Assembly (NCBI GenBank): GCA_051294375.1
Contig: CM119269.1
Location: 4,369,673 to 4,433,672 of the forward strand
Direction of reading: 5' to 3'
From: Paraspadella gotoi
Taxonomy: Eukaryota; Animalia; Chaetognatha
DNA length: 64,000 nt
The notes beneath the pieces are model-generated. The model was not told the DNA's origin, searched no databases, and saw only the letters and a list, made by a program, of their open reading frames with translations. The position numbers and the translations under genes were made by a program. Shown piece after piece: positions 1 through 13,047 of this stretch; the first letter of the stretch is position 1, and each line of letters starts with the position of its first letter.

Positions 1-232
1 CGGTTCCATCGGCGACCAAACGAATCCTTCGATCCGGTTTTGTTTTCGTGCGAGATTGGATTCGTTGATGATACTACAATATATTAGCGAAAACAGAATC
101 AGCTCAACCAAAGTCGTACAACAGAAAAGAATATATTTTTTAGTCCATAAATGCATAACAAAGATGTAAACTAGTCCTTCCACGATCAGCTTAAAAAAAT
201 CCCCGAATCCGACTCATCTCCTTCTGCAACAG

Positions 233-380
233 GAATCGTGGCCAACAGTTTCTCCCTGATGGTGATGAGGCAACAGAGTCTCCGCTCAATGTCGATCTCA
301 TTCTATCTCTCCGCGTTGGCGATTCACGACACGTTGCTCTTAGTCTTCGATTGCTGGAACTATGCAACGTTCTTCACAAG
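233..380 (+). CDS. Class A GPCR, internal exon (end of TM1, ICL1, TM2)
   Basis: Acceptor ctgcaacAG, donor AAG|gtgtgg. Translation (G)IVANSFSLMVMRQQSLRSMSISFYLSALAIHDTLLLVFDCWNYATFFT(R) has the TM1 GxxxN and TM2 LAxxD motifs. Confidence 0.85.
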
Positions 381-427
381 GTGTGGCATTTCTGTCTCAG
401 TCTTTGTCTGTAATCTGTCTGTCTTTG

Positions 428-574
<147 letters not shown>

Positions 575-577
575 CAG

Positions 578-666
578 ACTGTTCCCCTTTGACGACACCT
601 ACGCCACCTGCTTGACTCGAGCCATCCTCGTCCACACATTTCAATCTTCCAGCAACTGGACACTCG
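578..666 (+). CDS. Class A GPCR, internal exon (ECL1, TM3)
   Basis: (CT)n tract then ttttcAG acceptor; donor G|gtaaaa. Splices in phase with the previous exon: (R)LFPFDDTYATCLTRAILVHTFQSSSNWTL(V), with the conserved TM3 Cys and SxW. Confidence 0.85.
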
Positions 667-936
667 GTAAAAATAATCCAAATGTCGAAAGCAATAATTC
701 GAAATACATAAACAAATAAATTTACTCAGAGGCAAATTATGAATAGATTCGCGAATTGAGCAGAATGCGACGGCGAATTATTTTAAATTTACATAATTTA
801 AAAATGGTTTAAACTTCACTAGAACCCCTTAGTTTAATTAATATGGCCACTAACCCAGATGAAGTGTGGATCAAATTGATTAAAAATGGTTTCAGGTAAA
901 ATACAAATTGTAGTTTAACTTCAACTTCGACTTCAG

Positions 937-1001
937 TCGCGGTGGCGCTGGAACGATTCGTCGCCGTGTGGATGCCGATCAAAGCCAAAACCTTTTGCAC
1001 C
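937..1001 (+). CDS. Class A GPCR, internal exon (ERF motif, ICL2); resembles invertebrate FMRFamide/peptide-receptor-like GPCRs
   Basis: cttcAG acceptor, in phase: (V)AVALERFVAVWMPIKAKTFCT, then gtgag. The exon may instead read on through VRNSKII. TM4-7 exons were not found downstream on this strand. Confidence 0.8.
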
Positions 1002-1117
1002 GTGAGAAACTCGAAGATCATTTCGGCCTCGAGGGATTAAAAAAAAGTGAACGTAATTAATGTGCATTTTATTTTAATTAGGCGACTCACCTCGCCGGCG
1101 CGACAACAGGTAGAAGA

Positions 1118-1173
<56 letters not shown>

Positions 1174-2841
1174 GGGGAGAAAAGAAAAGAAAAAAATCTG
1201 AACTGAGAATCTAAAGTGGGTTAGCTGATATTGGAAGATATGAAAGGTGGGATTCGGAGCATTCGAGACTGAGAAATGGAGGTTAGGGTTTTAGAGATAA
1301 AGAAATATAAAGATAAAGAATATAGATAAACAAACTGCGAATGTTTAAACATGATCGTGATGAATTAAAAATTATCGTTACTAGTTAGAAAGGAGTTGTA
1401 TAAAAAAAGAACCGAGAAAAATAGAAAATAATAGTTGAATCCGAGCTGTGAAGACTGATTGGCCAGTACAGACTGATTGGCCAGTACAGAGGTCGGCGCC
1501 AAAAAAGGAGAGGATCGGATTCGAGCACATGGTCCTCTTCGTTCGTTGCAAGAGAGAAGAGGGAAAGATTAGTCGGATGTGCTGAGGAACTGGTGAGTTT
1601 TCGGCTCGACCACAAATTTGGGCAGAATAAAAAATTGTTCGGGTGATGGGCGGTACTTAGGAAGTGATTGGTGTCGGAGAAGAAAGGAGGGACAAAAAAG
1701 GATCTGAGCATCGAAATTTATGGTCCACGGAAGGGAAATCGAGAAAAAGGGGGGGGGAATTTGTAGAGGGTAAAAAAAATGACTGTAGGCAATGAAAGAT
1801 AATTTGTGGGAAACAAATGTTTAGTATTATTATTAAATACATACGTACGTATGCACTTTTGCGGCCATGTATTCCCAAAGCGAACAATGTCAGCCTAAAT
1901 TTAGACTCGAGATAATTTTTTTGATTTAAAATGGAAATGGATTAGGTTAGAGTTTGGGATTAGGAATTAGGTTAGAGATTGGATAGAGGAGTTAAGATTG
2001 GAGATGAGGGTTAGGGATTAGGCATTAGAATTAAGGATTAGGTTAGGCTTAAGAATTAGGGTTAGGGTGTATATCTGATTATAATGACAATAACATCAAC
2101 GACAACGATCAAACAGGGTTAATCACGAATTTACCTTTTGACCAATAACCGGGACGAAAATAAAATAGGGCGCTTTCGGATAATAGTGTGTCAATGTTTT
2201 TGTGAGAGGTAAGAAAGATTCCAAACAAAGAAAGAAAGTGATATTATTTTGACGTTTTTTTTTTGTCAAAATATTTCCGAACTTGAATTACGTTTTATCT
2301 TTGAAAAGTTGCCTATTTTTATTCTTTCCACCATAAAACTATTTTATGACACTTAAAGCGGCGGGAATTCATGGTCTTATAGCTCCGGAAATACATGGGC
2401 TCATGGAATCGGCAGATTTTGAACGAAATCGAAAATCGAAATCGAAAAATTGGAAAACACTGCACTGTTATTGAGGACGAACTTAAAAAAAATTTAAAAA
2501 ACTGTAAAAAACAAAAGTTATAGGGTTTATTTCTGTTTACGCATTAAATATTACACGGATACACGGATCTAAAAATATTATATCAATGTCTAAAATGGGT
2601 CACACCAAGTCCCAAAACCGTGGGTCCCGTCGAACTAAAAAACCGGAAACCCTATTTTTCCCAAAGTGTGTGAGGGGATTGGTCGTAAAAACTTGAGGGG
2701 TTCCGCCCAAACGGTTTTCTTAAGTATATGCTTTTAGTTTTATGTTAAAGTTAAAAAAAAAGGGATAAAAATCTATAGAAAAAAAAATAATCATCAAGGG
2801 GCGGGGGGGGGGGCGGCGAGAAACAAATGTACATTTCTCTG

Positions 2842-3187
2842 TTTTTAGTTGCGCCGCCAGTACTCGTGGAGAAAATCTTTAAGTCACTTTTCGGTCGTTC
2901 TGTCGAACTGTCTGTCTGTCAGTCCAGATTTCTGTCCGTCGTTCGGTCCTAATTACATTAAAAATGCATATAATTCACCTATAGTTGGTTGCTCAGTTGT
3001 TAAGACAGAAAAAAAACAACTGAAATCTAAGGGACTGCTAGCTAGAAATAAAAAAGGAAATTTCGATGCAGTGCATGTCATAAATACAAGGGCCAAGAAA
3101 GTTTTTTAGTCATGTCAGGTCATGTCATGTCATACACATGAAAATAAAGTCACTGCGGCGCAACACATTGGAATCACCGTTCTTGTT
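2842..3187 (+). mobile_element. Non-autonomous Helentron-type element (HINE/DINE-1-like), family A
   Basis: T-run start, sub-terminal inverted repeats GTTGCGCCGC / GCGGCGCAAC, (GTCY)n microsatellite and a CTTGTT end; five copies in the window. Confidence 0.75.
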
Positions 3188-5006
3188 CTCTTTGACTCCA
3201 GTTTTCGTCGTAAATATCACGTAAAGTTCTCTGCCTTTTGCAGAAACTTAGCATTTCTAACGAACGTAATTTAGATTTAGATGTTTGCTATAATTTAGAT
3301 TCACTCTCTCTCTCTCTCTCTCTCTCTCATTCGTTTTCCGCTTGAGGTTATTTTTTCCCCCTAGAATCCGATGAACGTTATAAATTATCGAACGAATAAA
3401 ATCTCGGATAAATTTTGAGATTTAAATAGTTTTTTTTCCTCCCCATTCACGTGGGTAGGTTTTTTTTTTATAATTCAGACATAAATCCTCTAGATGAGAC
3501 ATTTATAAATAACCTTTTGATTTGATTACGTTTATAATTTAAAAAAATTACGTAAATTCGGGAAAAGAGAAATTTGTCAGCGTCGGGCGAACACACGAAA
3601 TAAAACTGAAGGAGAGAAAAGAGGGCGAGCCGAGGGAAAAAAAGGCAATGAAGGTGAACGAGGGGGGGGGTGAGAGATGGGGGGGGGCGGAAGGAAAATT
3701 AAGAAAATTTGAATGGATAATTTTTATATTGTTTGTACCAATTTCATAAGAAAAAAAAACCTTCCAACGTCGTTAAAAAAAATAAATAAAGAAGGAAAAT
3801 AAAAAAAAGAAAAGGAAAAAAAAAGGAAAGACGTTTGAATGGAGTCGACATGGGGGACATAAAAAAAAGGAAAAAAAAAAAGAAAAGACGGTACAAAGTG
3901 GTTCAAAAAAAAAAAAAAGAAAAAAATATATATCAAAAGAGAATAAAAGTCCAAAGTCAGGGGCAAGATAGCTTATTTATAAATGGACGACGGAGACAAA
4001 CGACGAGAAAATGCAAGACTAAAAGAAAAATTCAGTTACATCCAAGAAATGAGAGGAACTTTTTTTTGTAAAGATAATTCTAAGTAATGAAAAGATCGGG
4101 CGCGGCTTCGCTTTGAACGCGCAAGACAAGCATTGATTATAATCAAACTATACGAATAAAGATTGCGTAAACTGAGAAAAGTGAAGGTTGTACGAAGTTG
4201 TGGGGCGAGCTAATGCCAGCTTTTCAAGCTCAAGGAGAGACGACGTCAACGACGACGACAACAACGACGGCGCAAGGAAGCTGTCAATTCCTCGTCCCTG
4301 GTTCGAATCGGAATCGATTCCCTCGCTGAGTCGCTGAGTCGCGTCATCAGGTTCCATCAGAGATATTAGATTCAAAGAGAGAATGGGATTCGTGAGAGGT
4401 TCGGAGGAGGAGGGTGGGGGGCGGGAAACCGGATGAAACCGGGAAGAAAGTAGTCGGGCAGAGTCGAGCCCTTGTCCGGCCGATGGGGAGACCGAAGTGT
4501 CGACCGAGTCGCTATCGTCACATGTTGGCAAAAATTATCAAGAATCATATATCAAGAATCAAGAAAAGGTCCATTGATGTAGTAAAATATGTATTATATA
4601 AGCCCTATCTTTAAGCGAAATATATCGTATAAAATAAGTTTGCTAATTGAACGCGTACATATATATTTATATATATTTTACCGACTTTTGGAGAAATGAA
4701 ACCAACTCTGCAAAGAAATTTGTCATTCGGGAGGAGAATAGCCAAAGCGTTCCGTGAACACCCCCCCCCCATCCTCCGAAACGAGGGGGAGCGAAAAATA
4801 AACCCTTTTTCATTGACGACAAAGCAGGAGGAAAGGGGAGGGCGGGGATTGGGGGAGGTGAGAGTGCGTCGGGCGAGAAAAGGCTGTAGGGAGGGGCGTA
4901 ATGTTGACGCCCGAGCGACTTAAAAGAAAAAAAAATGACTTAAAAAGACCGAACCTAAGGACAACGACGACCTGAAGTCGACGACTACTTGGATAACGAC
5001 GATGAA

Positions 5007-5037
<31 letters not shown>

Positions 5038-5152
5038 ACAAAAAGACAACAAAACGAGAGACTACGAAAAAAAAGAGGACGAGGTCAACGACAGCGATTA
5101 AACGTCGACTCGAGGATCTCGTTGAACTCGCCCGTCGCCATTTATCTTTTTC

Positions 5153-5553
5153 TTTTTAGTTGCGCCGCGAATACTCGCGGAGCAACTGTATAAGCCACTT
5201 TTCGGTCGGTCGGTCGGTCCGTCTGGCGGTCTGTCCCACTTACGTTAAAATTGCATATAATTCCCTTAAAGTGAATTGCTCATTTATTCAGACAGGAAAA
5301 ATCTTCAAATTTAAGCGACTGCTAGCGCCGCCTTCAGAAAATTCTAAAACTATAAAGTACAAAAGACGTAATTCCTATACAGACTACAGTGTGTGTCTTA
5401 TAAATACATGGGCTAAGAAAGCTATTGTAGTCTTGTAGTCATGTCATGCTACGTCATGTTATGTCATGGCACATTATGTTATTTTATATCACAAGAAATA
5501 TATGTGTTAAGGCAATCAATGCGGCGCAACACATTTGAATTACCGTTCTTGTT
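5153..5553 (+). mobile_element. HINE family A copy
   Basis: Same termini, subTIRs, GTCG/GTCT and (CATGT)n tracts as 2842-3187. Confidence 0.75.
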
Positions 5554-6249
5554 TTCTTTTTCATTTCCCTCTTTTTTTCAAGTGCGAAGCTCAATGTCTG
5601 AGGCTTGATTGATTAACGTTTACATTCTGTTTCAATTATTATTATTTCATACTTTGATGCAGAATGATCCAAGATAAATGTGCAATAAACTAGAGAGGAA
5701 TTTAATGATTGTTCTACAATAAAAAAAAAATATCCGAGAAAGAAATAAGAATATGAAACGATTGAAAACGAATTATGTTTCATAAAAAAACATTGAAAAC
5801 ATATGGAACTTAAATAATACGGTAAAGTTATTGTTGTCATTCGTAGAATGAAGCACCTGTTTTAGAGCGAAGCATAACGTCGGACATTTCCGTGTTCTCT
5901 GTTCCTCTCCTTCCCTTTTAAAAAACGCCTACGATTTCAGAAGATTTAGAATCCTAAAATGGTTTTAATTATCTATGGTGTTCAAATCAAAAATCAAAGG
6001 AAAAAAAAAACAATTTTTTTTAATAACTCAAATAATCTTCTGAGCTTCCTCCTCCTCCTCCTCCTCCTTCTATGGCGCCACTTTTGCGTCTCCGTCAGCG
6101 CGTGTTTCGCTTATTGTGGTCGCGTCTCTCTCTCTCTCTCTCTCTCTTCCTCTATATATCTACCGTTTATACGTCTCCATCTCTCTCCCGCTCACTCAAT
6201 CGGCGATCGCGAGACGGAGACAGATCCGCAGTCAATTCCGCTGCGAAAA

Positions 6250-6478
6250 ATGAAGCCGACGATTTTGCTTTTAATCTTCCTCTTCGTTTTGGGTTGTTGT
6301 TGTTGTTGTTGTTGCGGAGGAGGGTTGGGGGAAGTAAATGAGGAGGAGGAGGAGGAGGAGGAGGTGGCGGGAGTGTCGAGAGTGGAGAGAGAAGATGAAG
6401 GGGTGGAGGAAGAGGAGGAAGTGATAGAGGAGTTGACGGAGGTGTTGGGAGCGGACGACTTCGACGACGCGGATTTGG
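6250..6478 (+). CDS. First coding exon of a secreted or membrane protein: signal peptide plus acidic tract
   Basis: aaaaATG start; MKPTILLLIFLFVLGCCCCCCCGGGLGEVNEEEEEEEEV...DDFDDADL; perfect phase-1 donor G|GTGAGT at 6479. Confidence 0.65.
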
Positions 6479-7671
6479 GTGAGTTCGCACCAACGTAAAC
6501 AACTTACTTTTCTTTTTCATTTTGTCACGAAAAACTCGATTTTATGTTTTGTCAGCGATATAACTCAGGAAATTGAGTTCAGGAAATATTTTTTTTGGTT
6601 TTTGGTTTCAAGACGAAAAATGGAATTTTTTGATTCATATTTGATTTATTTTCTTAAGAGTTTGACGTTTCATTTTATTCGTGAGTTGGATGGAGCTGGT
6701 CTTGTAAAAATCTTGGCAAAAACACGAGGGAATTAAGTCACTGGCAAACGAATAAAAGAATACAATGATAAATATGGTTAGATTTTTTTTGGAGCTATAC
6801 TATGATTTCACTATGAGTTAGCTACAATATAAATACTTCTTAAAATTATTTATTTAATAAAAATTGTAATTTAATCATAATCTCAATATTTAGGATAAGA
6901 CCATGATGGAAAAAAAATTGTCGCGGTTTGGAAAAGTGGGTTAATTTTATTGTCAAATATATTTTTTGGCTGGTAAATAGGTTTTTATATGTAATGTGAC
7001 TTCCCTAGGACTGAATAAAAATATTTTTTCTCAACAGCATAAAATTATTTAATGCATAGAAATACTTCCAAAAGAGGTTGTCTTTTACTTTTTTCACATT
7101 TGTATCTACGGCATCAATGTATTTTTATTACCGCTTTTTTTTAGACATATGAATTAANNNNNNNNNNTTTGTATTTTTTGTCGTATATAAATGAGACACA
7201 GCTCATATGAATCACAAGAGGCTAAAGTTTCTTAATATCTAAATTTTATTTTTCGATTGATTTATTAAAATGCCGAAAAATAGCTGGAAAGTAACCGCGA
7301 CAATTTTTTTTACCATCATGGTAAATACAAAATTAAATTTTAAAAAGAATTGCGTATTTGAATTCCCCTTCCAAAGAGGGAGATTTTCTTTAAAGATTCC
7401 CTTCCGCCTAACACCTGATTCGATTCACGCGACTTTAACTCGTCCTTGTCTAATTAATTCGATCTTTTGTTTCCGAGTTTTTTCTTTTCTTCTTGTTGAG
7501 CCAGAATTATTCTTCGATAATGGAACTTTAATCAATACTCTTTGCGTTTGCAGTGCTGAGAATAGGAAATGCAAGGTCAAGAGTTAAAAAAGAAAAAAGG
7601 AATAGATAAGAGAAAGAGAAAAATTCAACTGAAAGATAACGACGCCGTTTCAGCGCGTCTGGGAAAGGAAG

Positions 7672-7910
7672 GAAGGAAAAAAGGAAAGAGAAGTCCTTTA
7701 TGTGTTTGACAAAAGAGAGGAAGAATAGAAGGAAAAAGGAAAGAGAGGTCCTTCATGTGTTTGACAAAAGAGAGGAAGAATAGAAGGAAAATGGAAAGAG
7801 AGGTCCTTCATGTGTTTGACAAAAGAGAGGAAGAATAGAAGGAAAAAGGAAAGAGAGGCCCTTTATGTGTTTGACAAAAGAGAGGAAGAATAGAGGGAAA
7901 AAGGAAAGAA
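7672..7910. repeat. 55-bp minisatellite, about 4 copies
   Basis: tgtgtttgac recurs at 7701, 7756, 7811 and 7866. Confidence 0.9.
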
Positions 7911-8568
7911 GGAAAAAGAAAAAAAGAGAAATGATCTTTAAATATGTTTTCAAAGAATTGAGAAAAAAAGAAACTGGACAATAACCTTTCTGTGGAATTG
8001 GAAATAGGGAAGAAAAAAGGAAGAAAGAATAAAAAGGAAAAAGAAAAGAATAAAAAAAAGAAAAAAAAAGCCGACTCTCTCTCGCTCTTCTTGCTTATCA
8101 TTCAAAGCAAACAATTCTGAGGGTCAATTTCGTCAGAAACCTCCACGTATTATTTGGGAAGGGATTTGACGAACGTTAGCTTCCATTCGCCATCTATATT
8201 TATTTGTTTCTCTGCCTAGCAACAGTTGTTGAGATTTACCTATTCCTCCTGAGTCCTGACTATTTATTTGTGATTCGGTCAATAGTATGTCGTTCCATCG
8301 ATTGTCTCGATTGTAAGGTCTTATTTTGTAATTATTTTATTAATTTTTAAATTCTTAATTCCCTATTTTCTTGTACTAATTCATAATTTCCTATCATAAT
8401 CGACTTGATTAATACCCACATTACCTCACAATTTCGTTGCTTTTCAATTCAAAATTGGCTGGAGTTAACGCAGCCTGGTGAAAATCAAAACGCACGCCCT
8501 TTTTTAAATTAAATAATAAAAAATTGAAAAGAAAATTTCAGGCTTCCTTCACGATTAAATTCCAATTC

Positions 8569-8680
<112 letters not shown>

Positions 8681-9908
8681 TATTTCTCGAGCCAAGAAAC
8701 CCATTTTTGGCAATCAAAGGCGACATTGCCTCCTCAGGCGGTAAAGAAAAAAGAACAACGCCCCCTCTCCCGTTACAGCACCGACGTCGACGTCTCTGGC
8801 GAAGGAAGAAAAAACATTTTTTTAATCTCGACTTTAATCTTTAATTATTAATTTCTTTAGCGGCGGCGGCGGCGGCGGCGGCGGCGCGACGCTGTCGGTA
8901 GAAATAAAAAAGAGTTACAAGAAGATAGAAATTTCGTGGAGTCATGATAAAGGATTTTAATTCGTTGGCCGCTGTTTCGAACAGTACGGGGGTGGGTTGT
9001 TGACGGTTGGCAACGTCGACTCTGGTTATAATGCAGTCGTGGTCTAAAAATAGTAATTGGGTTTCTGTTTTTATGAATAGAAATCCCATTGATAGATTTA
9101 TCATAGTAATTATTTCCGAAAAGCGTTTAGCATATCAATATTGGAATGAGACTTAATACCGCGTTCCTTTGGCCGTTTCCGACGTCAGCACCATAAAGTT
9201 CATTGGGCTAATGTTTTACTGCGACGGGCCCTTGATCTACCGAGAGAAAGTCCACAGGCGGATACGAAGATCTGACGGAACAATCTGGGTACATAGCGGA
9301 TCAGGTCACGCTTTAGGGTCACACTTAAAATAACTAGCGCGTAAGTCAAAGTCGAATGGAAGACGAAACAGAAAATCGTCCCAAGTCCAGTTGGAAACAG
9401 AGAGATGCGGGCCGAATTCCAGATTGGAGGCAAAACTTGCGAAAACGGCGAATCGAAGAGGAAATTAAAAAAAAAAAAAAAAAGAGGTGAAATTTCGTCA
9501 GAAACCGAAGTGAGCATCGATTACGGATAATCGTTTTCAGTACCAGTGTAAACGAAAATGAAAAAAAAAAGAAAGAAAGAAAGAAAAAAAAAATTCGGCG
9601 AATGGCGGGAAAATTATCGATTTTTTGCGCGAGAGCTGGGATAGCGGTTCCTCGTTTGAAAGGATTCAGATTGCTTGCGACCGATTGCTTGTTTAAGATG
9701 ACGATTTAAAAGGATGAACACGTGTTAGAAAAATCTCGAAACCCTAAAAGTTAGGAAATAAAAAAACCTCGAAAATATTTTTTTTAATTTAGAGACAGAA
9801 TTGTTTTTTTTTTTGCCTACGAATGTGAATTTTGATGTATTCTTTTTCACGGGACTGGTGGTCTGTCTATATCCGCCTGTCTGGCTGTCTTTCTGCTATT
9901 ATCCCCCC

Positions 9909-9980
<72 letters not shown>

Positions 9981-10015
9981 TCTCCTCTCTCTCACTCTCA
10001 CCTGCTCTCTTTTTT

Positions 10016-10171
10016 AATATTTAGAAAAAGTTTGAAATTTTAATATCGACAACGATTTTTATTCAATAAAGAAACGTACATGTTTCGACTCTCGCAACAT
10101 GTAACATAAACGTTTCTTTATTGAATAAGAATCGTTGTTGATATCAAATTTTAAACTGTTTCTAAATATTT
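10016..10171. repeat. About 60-bp-arm palindrome with a half hammerhead, likely a Penelope-derived remnant
   Basis: Arms aatatttagaaa...aataaagaaacg and cgtttctttatt...tctaaatatt. The minus strand of the loop reads GAGTC-GAAAC-ATGTA. Confidence 0.6.
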
Positions 10172-10403
10172 ACTACACAACGAAAAGAAAGGAAAAGAAC
10201 ATAATGATTTTTTAATAGTAAATTAATTATTGATTACGCACGTGTTGGAAGGTTCTTAAATTAATCGATCAAAGTACTAAAGATATGCCATTGTGAGATT
10301 TAATAAGGGAAATTCCTGGTTTACTCACCGTTTTCTAGAACAATCTTGAAGCGCAACGACTCGAGGAAGTCCTCACGTCGCCGGTTAGTTGCAGCTTCAC
10401 CTG

Positions 10404-10497
10404 TCACCACTCATCACTAACCTCTCACCACTCATCACTAACCTCTTACCACTCATCACTAACCTCTCACCACTCATCACTAACCTCTCACCACATC
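10404..10497. repeat. 21-bp minisatellite, about 4.5 copies
   Basis: Unit tcaccactcatcactaacctc. Confidence 0.9.
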
Positions 10498-10836
10498 ACA
10501 TATTCAAGGGATTTTCTTCTCATCTCTTTTTCTACGATTAAAATCCTCAAACGGCGCATCGGAAAGATAGGCGAATTTTGAAGGCCGACAGGCTCGAATG
10601 CAGTTGGTCATTTGACGACAAAATGACACTGATTACTGGTTATGATCCATTAAAGGATTGTAAAGGAGCTTATAAAGAAAACCTAAGGAATAATCTGTAA
10701 TTTGAGAATATTAAATAACAGTAAAACATATAACGTAATGAAGAGTTGAAGACGACTGTCCAAACTTTAGAGCGTAGTAATAACGTCTAAACGGTCAAAA
10801 ATACTCCTTACACTGTTAACACACTCTTGGGTCTAG

Positions 10837-10999
10837 AATCCACTCACGCAATTGAAGGCCATTTCCTCACTACGAATAAGAACCATCTCGAAGATTCCGA
10901 CGGCGCATCTTCTAAAGCATCGGGGACGCCTTGAAGATTCGCTTTTAACAGAAAGAGCGCCGCGTGAAAACAGTCTCACATTCAGCGCCGAGAAACGAG
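10837..10999 (+). CDS. Candidate internal exon, product unknown
   Basis: tctAG acceptor, one open frame (NPLTQLK...FSAEKR) and a strong GAG|GTGAGT donor. No recognisable motif. Confidence 0.3.
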
Positions 11000-11225
11000 G
11001 TGAGTGAGACGCGACCCCCAAAAAAAGTCGGGAAATCGGAAAAGAGGCGAAAATTGTCTCACCTCCTCAGTCCTCAGACCTTACCAATTTCCGACGCGGC
11101 TTTATGGGTTCGAGTTAAAAGCATCTCGATCATCATCATTATCATCATATGTCATCATCACCATCATCATCATTATTGTCGTAGTCGAAAACGTCGTTAA
11201 TATTCTTCATAATTATAATAATAAT

Positions 11226-11258
<33 letters not shown>

Positions 11259-11653
11259 AATAATAATAATATATAATAATAATAATTTTAATAATATAAA
11301 AAATAACGCGGAGAATGGATTATCAGATGGCTTGTCTCTCTTTGCTTTTCCTGTCTTTTCTTCTGATTACCATCAGAGAGTTCGCCTCTCTTGGCTTCTC
11401 CGTCTTTCTTATTGACCAATCAGAGAGGAGGCTTCCCTCAGGAAACGACGGCAGAGAAACGAGAGAGGGAACCGATCACTCTTCAACTTACCTTCAAGAA
11501 ACAAACATCAACTCCTTATGGGCTATTGTTATATTGTTGATTGCCTAACTCTGCATATCTACATAATTTGTATCCAACGTGGTTCTTACGTCAATAAAAC
11601 TTCTCTTTTTTCTCACTTAATAAACAACGACCTACAGCCTTCGTTGCATTAAT

Positions 11654-11731
<78 letters not shown>

Positions 11732-12928
11732 TAATAATAATCATATTCAATCATCATGGACGACTACGCCATCTTTTCCACCAAATCCCATATCATCCCC
11801 ATCAAACGTACTATTTTCCGGAAACTCACTTGTGGGTAAAGAAGTGCATCTTTTATCGGACCGAACCGCGTGGGCGAAGGAATAGTGGAAGGACAGAGGT
11901 AAAGGAAGAGAGACAGAGAGAAAAGAGAATTCCCGATGAACTGCGGACGAAGTGACGCAACTCGCGCAGGCGCGCAACTCGTGATGACGGAAATGACGAG
12001 ATTGCTTCACGTTTTCGGTTATAACGACATTAAGGGGCGAGGAGAGAAGACAGAAAATCGATCAAAGCGTCAGAGTGCAAAAAACAAATGCTGAATAAAA
12101 AAGAACAATATTTTTTTTTAATTTAAAAACGGATAAATTAAAAAGAGGTTTTAAAAAGGCCTTGTGCAGCGAGAATTCTTACGATGATGTTTTTTTTTTT
12201 TCAAGGTAAAGAAGCATTCGAATTAATATTCCTTCTGGATTCAGATTTGATAAATAATTTACTTCACATCTCGAAAACAAAAAAAAAAAACAAAAAAACA
12301 CAAAAAACGAAACATAGTTTGGATTTTATTTAACAATTTAACATCATATACTGCTCTGCTCGCCTTCGAGAGTTATTCCTTTGCTTCTCGATTAAAAAAA
12401 GCGTCGAGAAAGCTTCTCCCCATCTCACCCCTCGGTCGTTTCCCTTCGAGATTTCAGATTGGTCTAATGTCTAAGGCAAACGCCCTTTCAACGAAAATCC
12501 TGTGGTTGAGTGATTCGGGATCGAACCGAGATATTGGGTTAAGCTGGAACATGCTGATTGGAGGAGACTCAGGAGACGATTGGATTTGATTGGCTGCTAG
12601 ACGAATTCATCACCGCGCAAGATTGATCAGGAATTTCAATTTTTTTTTCATTTCATTTTATCAGCGGCATTTGCAGCATCCGCCGCATTGGCCGTGGCAT
12701 TTGCGGAATCATCGGTCTCGCGTTTGGTCGTGCGACGCGAAGTCTTTTTGCTTCGCTGATCGCTGTCGACTCCTTTCCGGATGCTGAACGAGAAATAGAT
12801 TACATCCGGGTTCACGATTTACTCGACAGGATCATCATTCGTCATCTCATTAACCACGCATCCGCGGTCTATCTCTCAAGAGCTCCAGACTTGTTCAAAC
12901 TTGTCCAATCAGACACCGATCGATCGAC

Positions 12929-13047
12929 CTTCGATCCACATTGTGGGCATTGCGTCTCTTTGGGTTCGAAGCCGAACTCTTCCCCGTCGTCGTCGTCGTC
13001 GTCGTTGTCGTCGTCGTCGTCGTCGGCGACGTCGCTCGCTCGGGTTT
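12929..13047 (-). CDS. LITAF-domain protein, exon with first CxxC knuckle (copy 1)
   Basis: ttctatttttcAG acceptor; (E)TRASDVA-polyD-GEEFGFEPKETQCPQCGSK|gt matches the LITAF FxxxPxxxxCPxC pattern. Confidence 0.8.

Noticed and set aside
2340-2740. Possible additional Helitron-like element with an acacggat repeat
   Set aside because: Single copy in the window and its termini could not be defined.
7672-7910. CRISPR-like periodicity
   Set aside because: Pure 55-bp tandem repeat without spacers.
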